Positions 49,720-59,718 of a stretch of 64,000 nt of DNA are shown one piece after another (within the stretch, counting starts at the first letter, position 1; the number at the start of each line of letters is the position of its first letter). The notes under the pieces were generated by a model. It was not told the origin of the DNA, made no database searches, and worked only from the letters and a program-made list of their open reading frames with translations. This stretch comes from Amoebophrya sp. A120 (taxonomy: Eukaryota > Protista > Dinoflagellata). A program made the translations under genes and the position numbers. The stretch is taken from assembly GCA_905178155.1 (NCBI GenBank), contig CAJINV010000010.1:2364778-2428777 (forward strand), written 5' to 3'.

Positions 49720-50729
49720 TTTTTGTGAAAGTACGTACGACGAGAAGCGGGGGCTTCTTTTATTCAAGTATGTTTTAATATTGCTGCACTCACTCTCGCT
49801 TCTTGAGGTAGGACAACAAAACTACTTCAAATGACGACTGTGACCTGACTGCTTCAGGCCTCTGGCCGGCCGTTCGAATCTTTTGGGCGGAACCATGATA
49901 ACGCGCCAAGCAGGCCAAGCTCGCCGAATAGCATCATGCACTGCTGGTGCCCTATTCGACCTGAATCCGAGACACGGGCGCGACGTGAGGGAACACTGCG
50001 ACGAAGCGATGTGCCGTGATGAGTAATTGAGAAACTGGTCGGCGCAAAGGCAGGAGTGCGAACCGAAGCGGATGGGCCAGGCAAGAGTGCGCGACCCGGG
50101 AGGGCGGCAATGGTGTCCAGCTAATCGGAGCCGCGCGCCCCGGACTCGCGGCTGGCCCCGCCCGCGGCCGGCGGGGCGCTGAAGGTAGGCCCATCCGGCG
50201 CCACGTGCGCGGGCGTACCAGCGCAACGCCCGGCCGCACCAGCCAAAGCAGCAAGGCATGGGCATGCCCGGGGGGCGATCGCCCTCTAAGGCGGCGCCGC
50301 AGGGCACCGCGCGTTTCCCCTGCCCCCGCGCAGCCCGCCGTGGATTGCGATAGCCCCGGGACACGCCATCCCGGGATACAGCGTCGGCGTTGCTCTCTCC
50401 GCCCCGGGTAGTTCTTCGTGGCCAATGTCGAGATTCATTAGTCCAAGTGCAATTTTCGCAAAAGTAAACAACTTTCTGTGCCAACAGTGGCACTTGTAAC
50501 AACCGGGCCAATCCTTTGGGTCCCATGTGGTCTCGATATAAAGCGGAGTAGCTGCGCCATCACCTCTTCGTGAGTTGTACGAACAGTAGAACTTTCCTCG
50601 CAAAAACGTTCATGAAAAATTAGTATCCTGTATTTCGCTACCAACAAAAAATAAACTTTGATGTATCACCTAAAGGTTAAAACCAAACGCACACCATGCC
50701 CGCTCAGCCCATCACATCTCGACTTCCCC

Positions 50730-53700
50730 TCACAAATCCGAATCTTCGGAGTCATCATCATCGTCTACTTCCGCATCTTCGATTTCAATTGTTTCCTCGA
50801 CCGGCACCTCCTTTCTCGCCTTTTTCCCGTCCTGCTTCTTCTTTCCGCCCCCAGCCGGCTTCTGCTTCATATCCTCGGTTACTTTCTTCTTGCTGCTCTT
50901 CGTCCCCTTGTCACTAGTTTTCACCCCGTCCTCCTTGTCGTTATTTTTCGTCCCTTTTTTCTCCGTTCCTTTTCCGTTCTTGTCCCCATCGTCGGTTTTC
51001 TTGGCCGCCGCCGAGTTCTTCGCATTGCTGGCGTTCTTGCCGCCCGAAGATGAAGTAGATGTTGCTGTTATATCAGACTTGATGTTCTCAGCCCGTAGTT
51101 CTTCTCCTCCTGCCAGCAATTTTGCTTCCTCCGCAGCTTTATCAAATGCAAAAATGTCTGGGTCTGGAAGAATGCAGATGTTCGTCATGCTGTTTTTGCA
51201 TGGCGCAAAATCTCTGTCATGGAAGCCCTAGCATCACAGATTTCGAGAAGCTTCCGCATTGCTTAATCCGCATGACAAATCCCCCACGTTGGTGACAGGA
51301 AATGGGCGCCTTTTGCTGCCTATGCATGAGAGATTTGTCTGTGTTGTGAAATGCGCATCACAAGTTCGCATCCTTCCAGACCCAGACATATTTGCAATGC
51401 ATAAGCTTTCTCCTTTTTCTCCAGCATCGGCATCCACACCTTCTTGTACCACTCCACAAACACCCGCAACCCGAACGACAGGGGCGTCCGGGGCTGGTAC
51501 CCGAGCAACTTCTTCGATTTTTTCAAATTATGAAAATGAAAAATCACCCCTCCCCATATCAAAATTGATGCTGAAGCTGATTTGTTACCACGTTGCCATG
51601 CTAGAAGGGAAGTAGAGATGCGGAATGTAGTACTGGCTGGCGTTGGAAGGCCTTGCGTCTTCGGCATGACAGGAGGCAACTGGAAGCAGAAACAGCATGA
51701 CAGATTACGATTACCTGCAAGCGAGGCCGCAACTCCGTCTACTCTACTTCGCTTTCTAGCAATACAACTCGATTTGTGTACACAAATCCCGCATCACAGA
51801 TTTCCCTTTCGGTATGGAAAGGGGGGATTTTTCGTTTTGATACAAATCCGCGTAGGTTTGCAGCACGTCGCCCTTCGCAGCGGTTTTCTTCACGTATCGT
51901 GTGTAAAAACATCCCAAAACCAACGTTAAGATGGCGATTCTGCTACACAAACCGACAGGTCTTGTCTGTTTCGCATGACAAGCTTGGGCTCGTAGCGTTT
52001 TGTCCTGTTTAGGTAGTTGTGCCGCTGCATCACAAATCGGCCTTCTTATCCTGACTCCAGCATGCTGACAAACCGCCAGATGGCAAGAAAAAGTAGTTAA
52101 AGTGCTCTTTATCACCCTGCGCATGAGAAACATTGCAGGCTTCTTGCACCAGAGTTGCACGACGAGTCTGGGGGGGATTTGGACGCTTTTGCACTGGATA
52201 TCGCGAACTTCAAGTTCAGTTTCCTATCCAGGAAAAAAAGTGTGTAAGTGTAACTTTCTTTGAGGAACAGCATCACAAATTTGCTCTGCATGACAGAGAA
52301 AACCTGTCATGCGTGGCTTGTAAGGGAAAACACACAGGAAAAGAGAACTTCATGGCTGTCTGGCATGACAGGTGTAACTCTGTTGCGTGTTTTGCATTAC
52401 AGATTTACACTTACACAGTTTTTTTCTTGCATATTTCCCCGTGTAATTGTACTTGGCGTAGATCTATCGATTACAAAAGCATCGTACAACTTTCTAGCAG
52501 CAATTGCATGACAATTTTTTTCCGGGAAGATGAAAAAAAAAATGCAACTTGTTGCTATGCTGAATTAGAAAAAGGAAATATGTCTGTATTGCACACAAAA
52601 GTGCAAGAATTCGTACGATGCTTTGCCAGAATTCATAAGATCTTCTCCCGCTTCTCCAGCGATTGCTTGTACTCCTTCTTTATGCATTGCAAACATGTCT
52701 GGGTCTGGAAGATTAAAACTTGTCATGCTGTCTCTGGAGTCGAAAAAAATCTGTATTGCATGACCCGCAAGAGAAGTCCGCTTTGTGTTACTTACGCGGA
52801 AAGGGCATGTCTCATGCGGAATACGCATCAGGAAGCCCTCTAAAAATCTGAGATTCTAGGGCCATGCATCACAGACATCATGGGTCATGGAAAATATGCA
52901 TGACAAACCTGGCATTTTTCCAGACCCAGACATATTTGCATTTGATATTCTTTTTCGCCTTGATTTTCGATTGTTGCAGCTCCATCTCCGCCTTGCGCCG
53001 TTGCTCCTTCTTCTCCTGCTGCGCCACGCTCGGGTAGTACGGCCGCCCGTTGCGCATGATCGGGCCTACCTGCCGCTCCTCAGCCTCGTCCGCATCCAGC
53101 ATCGCCTGCAGCTCGTCCGTGTCAAATGCAAAAATGTCTGGGTCTGGAATGTTGCCGGGTTTGTCATGCATATTTTGCATGACCCAGGATGTCTGTAATG
53201 CATGACCTAGCGTGGTCAGAGATTTTATCATAGAAGGCTTCGCGATGCCATTTCTGCATGACAAATGCCCTCCCCGCGTCGCACAAACTAGACTCCTCTT
53301 GCTAATCATGCAACACAGTTTTTTTTTAGAGTCCAAAGTTAGCATCACAAGTTGCATTCTTCCAGGAGACCCAGATGACATTTTTGCATTTGATAGTCCT
53401 GCAGCGCCTGCAGTTCCTGCTCGTACTCCCCGTCGCCGACGCCCGGCGCGCCGATCACGTATCATGTGCGACAACGTCCCCACCCATTACTATCTATTAT
53501 ATTCATGCGAAAGTAGAGGTCTACAGAGGATAAAAGAGAGGTGGCCGAGAGGTCAAAAAGAGGCCGACAGAGGTAAAAAAGAGGTCGACCGAGGTGAAGA
53601 GGTGGCGCGGGGGGTCTTTCGAGAGGGAGACCGAGAGGTGGCGCGAGTATAGCCCGCCGAAGGGTCCACTCTTTAGCGCCGCTGAAGCGCCTCGGAGGGT

Positions 53701-56700
53701 GCAGAGAGGTGGAAAGGAGGGCAAGCGAGAGGTGGGCAGAGGTGCCGAGAGGTTGCGCGAATAAGGCGGGACCTCTTGCGCACCCTCTCGGCGACCTCCC
53801 GGCCACCTCTGTAGCCCTCTGCCCGCGAGTATAGCCCGACTATTAGCGGGGACCTCCGAGAGAGGTCAAAAAGAGGGGCCGCGAGAGGGCCCAAAAAACC
53901 CGAATCCGCCCGGCACGCGGCCGATTTTCCTGGGGCTTTGTCATCGTGCAGGCCCACACCCTCTCGCGCCATCACCTCGCGCACCCTCTCGCGCACCCTC
54001 CCGCGTCAACCTCCCGCGCGTGATCAAAAAAGAACAGCGCGGCCCCCGTTCTGCTTCGGTAGGCACCTACGCCGAGGCGGTTTCGCTTCGCCCCCAAGCT
54101 TCGCTGCAGCTGCTCCCTGCGCATAGCGCCGGAAGGCGCGGGAAGCGCGCAGGAGGCCCAGCGGGCTGAGATGGCGCAACCCGCGCCAGTATTTCCCTCG
54201 ACCTATCACGTCGCGCGCAAAGGCATGGCGCTGTGGCCCGGTCCGCAAATAGTCCTGCCCCGCCACAACAGCCGCTCGCCCCGGCGTCAGCCGGGGCATG
54301 GCTGGTAGTTGTAATGCAAATGCGCATGCTGCTGAGAATGTTTCTCATGCGGAGCCCCATGCCGAGCATTTTCTACTTGTGTTTCGGAATTTGTGATGTT
54401 CCAATCAGCATGCCGCGCTAGCTCTGTGATGCTGCTGAACTAGCTGAACAGGATTACACTACGAGGCTCAACTTGTCATGCGCAACAGCCATAGTGTGTT
54501 GATTTGTCTAGCAGACTCCCCAATTTGGCTACGGGGTGTTTAAGTTTATGTACTGGATGAGACCAAAATAAGGCACAGAGAAACTATGGGGTGGGGACAT
54601 TCTTACGCAAGATATCACGTTGGTGTTGTTCACAGTGGTGCCGTTGCTGGCGAACACCGCCGCCTCGATCGTTTTCACGAAATCCATCAAAGACATCGGA
54701 TCGGAATTCCCGAGATTGAACACCTCCTGCACGACCTCCGTATCACAGGAAAAAAGCGCTACAGTTACACATTGTGTTGCAAGACCGGCAACAGAGACAA
54801 CCTTTTTCATGCAGGAAATGCTTGGGAGCCTCGTTTCCTTCCTGTTTCCCCTTATGATCTTCGCATTACAAGTTCTCTCTGCCACACAGAGAAAATTTGT
54901 GATGCACAAACTCCAACAAATATGTAACTGTAACACTTTTTTCTCGTGATACTCCGGGTCGGTTGTACAGTATTGCACGTGCTCGTCCTCGGGCGGGATT
55001 CTCATGTTTTCAAACATCGGCGTGGGCAAGGGCCCGCACCAGTTTTCCGACTTCCGCGTGATGTACTCCAAACTCCGGTAAATCCCGTCGACAATGTCAT
55101 CGACGTAGGTGAAGTCGCGGCTCGCTTTCCCCTTGTGAAAAATCTGGATCGGGTTTTTCTTCATTTTCGGGTTCAAAATTTTGTCCACGAAGTACCAACT
55201 GCAAAAATGTCTGGGTCTGGAAGATTGCCATGTTTGTCGTGCATATTTTGCATAACCCGCGATGCCTGTAATGCGTGACCTAGCATCACAGATTTTTAAA
55301 GAGCCTTCTGATGCGTATTCCGCATGAGAAACGCCCACTCCGAGTAGCACAAACTGAACTCGTCTTGCTGGTCAGGCAATACAGATTTTTTTTTACCTTC
55401 CAGAGACAGCATCACAAGTTGCAACCTTCCAGACCCAGACACTTTTGCATTTGATACGAAGTCAAAGTACGCCATGTCCGGCCGCCCATAGGTGCCGTAC
55501 ACGGTGAAAAACCGCAGGCCGACGGACTGGATCTCGTACAAATTCGCGTAGGTTTTCGCGGTCAGTTCATTCATCCGCTTCGTCGTCGCGTAGAGCGACG
55601 CCGGGCTGTCCACCGGGTCGGACTCGGCAAACGGGACCTTCGTGTTTTTCCCGTAGACCGAAGAAGAAGAGGCGTAGACCAAGAGGATTTCCTGCAAATG
55701 CCGCTCCTCCTCCTCCCACTCCTCTTCCACCCGTTTAAGTTCCCCAGTCCTCTTCGACATTTTTTCCTTCTTGTTCACGATCATGCGTGGCTCTCTCCGC
55801 TTGTTCTCCTCCCGAATCGCCTCCAGCAAGTCCATATCAAATGTGAAAATCTCTGGGTCTGGAAGATGATTGCGAGATTTGTCATGCATATCCCGGGTCA
55901 CGCAAATGGCGTCTGATGCAGGCAAAAGCATCACAGGTTTTGAGCACGCCTCATGATGCCTGTCCCGCATGAGAAACTTCCTACTTGCGTGCCAAGAAGT
56001 GGACAGCTTTTGGCGCTCATGCAACGCAAATTTTTGTGTGTTCCAGAGTTTGCATCACAAGTTTGTACTCTTCCAGACCCAGACATATTTGCATTTGATA
56101 GTCCACAAAACACTCCACATTGTTCCGCACGTATTCCTGCGGTGCCTCCAAACTGTACCTCACCCCCGCCTCCGTATGCATTGCAAAAGGATCGATTGCA
56201 CTCGGAGAAATTGCAGTTCCGCATGACAAATAAGCTTGTTCTGTTTCTGATTCTGTACCTAATTCTCCATGAGAAGTTTCGACTTTTCCTTCTGGGAAAA
56301 CTTGTGGTCATGGAACTTGTACTAGTACAACTACAATCTTCCCTTTGCAATGCATATTGCGCAGCCAGGTGCAAAACGTGCGTCACGTTGAAGGCCTGGA
56401 AGATGTCCTTCAAAAATTTCCGGTCGCACACATCCCCATCGTACAGCGGGAACGTCTTGGTCAGGTGAAACGTTTTATTCAAAACCTCCGTGCCCGGCTT
56501 CTGCTCGCTAATCCGCTTGCCCCGGTGGCGAATGTTTTTCCCCGCCTGTTTCGCGGCCGCTTTCGCTGCGTTGATCGCTTCTGGCTCTTTCTCCTTGCTC
56601 TTCCGCTTTCCCTCGATGTGGTCCAGCTGCCGCTGCAGCGCGCTCACCCGGGCTATCAAAGTGAAAAAAGCCTCCACCCCATACGGAAAACGAAATTTGT

Positions 56701-57113
56701 GATGCTGTATTTCATTCAGTACACAAATCGACTTGCATTGCCGGAAGGCCAAGGGCCGCAGTCGTGGACTCGCTTGCAGGCAATTTGTCATGCTGTTTCC
56801 CACTTCCAGCTGCCTCCGGTCATGCTGAAGATGCAAGGCTTTCCCACGCCACCCAGCACTAGAGTCCGCATCTTTATTTCCCTTCTAGCATGACAAAGCT
56901 GATTTGTGGTCACAAATCAGCATCACAAATTTCCGTTTTAATATGGGGATTTTTCACTTTGATACGGGCTTTTTTCAGGTCCACGTCGTAGTAGGAGTTG
57001 AAAGAGTCCAAACCGACCACCTTATAGTGGTTCTCGATAGCAAGTTTCATGGTGTGGTACCCCACGAAGCCGGCCGCGCCGGTGATCAGAACGACCGGGG
57101 CTTGGAGCACCAT
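50730..57113 (-). CDS. GAE: UDP-glucuronate 4-epimerase (extended SDR), interrupted by 13 TIR elements
   Basis: TGAAGFVG, YYDVDLKKAR, HLAAQ|AGVRYSLE, YASSSSVYG, PASLYATTK, GLRFFTVYGTYGRPDMAY, RDFTYVDDIV, FNLGN, GDVLQTYADL and LGYQP...FVEWY. Likely upstream TM exon(s) near 57300-57640; TACTAAC (57114-57120) and an AG at 57101 suggest a canonical intron there. Confidence 0.92.
51140..51403. mobile_element. Introner family A in GAE
   Basis: TSD AGCTT. Confidence 0.9.
51529..51842. mobile_element. Introner family B in GAE
   Basis: TSD CAAAT; TYADL|KKSKKLLGY. Confidence 0.9.
51895..52200. mobile_element. Introner family C in GAE
   Basis: TSD TCACG/TCGCG. Confidence 0.85.
52225..52433. mobile_element. 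Introner family D in GAE
   Basis: TSD TTTCC; near-identical inverted copy at 61820-62028. Confidence 0.9.
52465..52637. mobile_element. Introner family F-like in GAE
   Basis: TIR core AAAGCATCGTAC / GTACGATGCTTT; TSD AGATC. Confidence 0.85.
52681..52947. mobile_element. Introner family A in GAE
   Basis: TSD TTCTT. Confidence 0.9.
53120..53395. mobile_element. Introner family A in GAE
   Basis: TSD GTCCG/GTCCT; left end TGT. Confidence 0.9.
53460..54614. mobile_element. Introner family C in GAE, expanded by a nested insertion
   Basis: TSD TCACG at 53455-53459 and 54615-54619; family C body resumes at 54306. Confidence 0.88.
53487..54305 (+). mobile_element. Non-autonomous Helitron-like element (819 bp)
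   Basis: Inserted between A and T with no TSD; AT-rich 5' end TTACTATCTATTATATTCATGCGAAAGT; 3' hairpin GCCCCGGC-GTCA-GCCGGGGC (54278-54297) then CTGG (CTRR); internal GAGAGGT repeats. Confidence 0.75.
54741..54951. mobile_element. Introner family D (variant) in GAE
   Basis: TSD CTCCG; the 216-nt insertion is in frame and stop-free. Confidence 0.88.
55193..55456. mobile_element. Introner family A in GAE
   Basis: TSD CGAAG; DMAYFDF|VDKIL. Confidence 0.9.
55835..56100. mobile_element. Introner family A in GAE
   Basis: TSD GTCCA; CFVD|LLEA; no AG at the 3' junction in any TSD register. Confidence 0.9.
56175..56356. mobile_element. Introner family F-like in GAE
   Basis: TIR TATGCATTGCAAA(A)GG; decayed TSD; HLAAQ|AGVRY. 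Confidence 0.85.
56654..56964. mobile_element. Introner family B in GAE
   Basis: TSD CGGGC; LKKAR|VSAL. Confidence 0.9.
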
Positions 57114-59718
57114 GTTAGTACTTCCTCTCGCCGGTGGTCAAGCTTATGAGTAACTAAAAAGTTCTGCGAAAGAAACACAATCAAGATTGAAACAGTGTCA
57201 CATCCCAGAAGCAGATCCGAGTTTGTTGGTCGTGGTCCTAACAGAGGCTAGAAGGCCAATGGCCGACCAAGATGTGGTCGAAGCTGAAGTTATTGCCAAT
57301 TGATTTCACTGAAACTCCATCCCCATGTAGTTGCCAAGATGTTGATCCTGCAGAAACAGCCTGACTGCTGGACAAAGACTGACAACTACACCGACTGGTG
57401 AACAGAGCGAGAAATATATAAGGACTAGCGAAGACGCAAATGACAGGTCTGCATCGCAAAAAGTTTCGACAAGTGGGAAATAAATGCGTAACCAGCAAGA
57501 ACTACACGGCCAAACGAAACAAGAATGAACTCCGAACAAAACGAAAACAGCGCATGAAATAAAAAATGTAGAACAAATAAACCGGGGCCGCTTGGTGTCA
57601 TCCAGCATTCTGACAAGCCTCCTGCTTCGGCTTGCCACAGTGAAGTGTTCGCTGTCTTCGTCTCTTCGTCGGTACTTCTCATCTCTTCCCGGGTCGACGT
57701 TTGTTATCGCCCAGTAAAGAACAAGTCTCAGAAGATCATCAAGGTGTAGAAGTCAGTGACTGATCATAAAACAAGAGTCTCAACGACCTTATCCAGATAG
57801 CGCTTTACGGAAAAATCGTGTTATCCGGACAAGGTTTTTTACCAACCTTCAACTGTGGCTCACAGCGGAGGTTGTAAAAAAAATCGTAAAAAAAATCGTA
57901 CAACTAGAACCATTGTACTTCAAATAGAAATACAACCTCGGCCAAACTATAATACCTTGCCCAGCTAAGTAATACGTACAACTCTAGCAGCGTAGACAGA
58001 GATATTAAGTTGCGACCACGACCTCGTCCCTAGGCTTGATGTTCTAGCATACTTTTAAGTCGGCGCTGTGTTCTCATTATCAGAAGCCCATCCTTGGGAG
58101 GTGGATTTAAGTATATAACCAGCTAGAAAAAAGATACATCCGCCGGGAGCCTCTTCTGTTTCAGAAGAAGAGAATCCTAGCGGAAAAAAAGTTCGCTATA
58201 CAGTCGCGTCGTATGTGGTACAGTAATTCGAATTTCGGCTTCTATTCTTAGTGCTTTCACTTCCCCAAACAGTACCTCTAGACTTAGTAAATACTATTTT
58301 CAAGAACGAAGAAGTACTAAAACCCCCAGTGAAGATTGTGTGCTTGGCTTGTTCAATCCCAAATTTTACAAGTTTTTTCTTGCACTGACAGCACCTGGTA
58401 CTTACACCACGGCGCTGAAGTTTTTCGGATCAAACCGCAGGAAACCCGCGTGCAGGGCTGTCATGGAGAAATAACGGTGTCGATTTTTGTAAAGCATACC
58501 AAGAACTTCATCTGTAAAGTTGTCTTTCGTACCGAAGATAGCAGTTTACCGTGGTGCAAACTTTACAACATGCTACTCATTTCTCGCAGAGGCTACGTCA
58601 GCAAATTTTTGAAAACATAGAGGTTCTAGTATAGTAGCGGCTGAAAAGAGTCTTCGTGTGCTACCTAAAGATACCTCTCGTTCAAAAAGAGGAGAGTTTT
58701 TTTTTCACCGTCTGAAAATATTTGACAGGGAAGAAACTCTCATCCAATTTGTTTTTTTTGTAGCGCGGGCTACTGAAGATATTTATTTTTGCGGAATTCC
58801 ACCAGTCCTACATGTAGAACTATTTTCTAATTAGACAGGACATATTCCGCGGGTGGGCCTACCTCCGGATAATTTGCTCAGCTAGACGATGTACATGTAC
58901 AACCATGCTTCAGAGGCATGAGCAGTTGCATCGTGAGCTTGCCGAACAGATTGTAAATACTCCGAAACAAGGTCATGGGGCCACTTTAATTGTCATAGCG
59001 ACTCAATATGCGACTATACTTATGACCGCTCTACTGCGTTTTTGACATGACGCAACGTGTCAAAGAGCAAAAAGTGTGGTCCATAGTACGTAGTATGCGT
59101 TCGTAAAAAAATATCCACAGAAGTAGTTTAATACTCGATGTAGTTGCACCGCTGCCAGCTGCTACAGTTGCCAACACCAGCACCCAATTTTCAAATTTCA
59201 CTTCCTACATATTTAGAGATTGGTGTCCGATCTGCTTGGAGCAGGAGCAGTCGGAACATTTTCACCTTTTTTCACTTTCTAAAGTACGAATGCCTTCGGT
59301 TTTGCTCTTTCATAGGGATTTCACAGCATCATTTATTTCGGATGGTCTTGTATAGTACAGTCGAAAAGTATGTTTTGAAGTACTGTATACTTTTTGTAGA
59401 CTTTCGACTACCAGGATCACAGCACACGACCAACGTAGTTTTCTATACACACGCGTGCGAATAATCTTCCATTATAGCAAAAAGGCCTATTGCGGCCTCC
59501 CGGTTTGATCTGGATTTCACCTTGCTGTCCTCGTTGTTGATTCTATCGAAAATAAGAAAAGCTGTGTTCTCCTCCATAGAGCTGCTCTACTGTGAGGACA
59601 ATTTGGTCCTCCCGATTATACTGAAGTTAACGTCTTCACGAGAGGAGCTGCGACAAAAGATTTTTGATTTTAGTGGTATTATTCATTGCTAGTCCTACTA
59701 CTTCTGGCTTGATGTCCA

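Noticed and set aside
50730-57113. GAE as a transposon-disrupted pseudogene
   Set aside because: Catalytic motifs are intact and no stop or frameshift remains after precise removal of all 13 elements.
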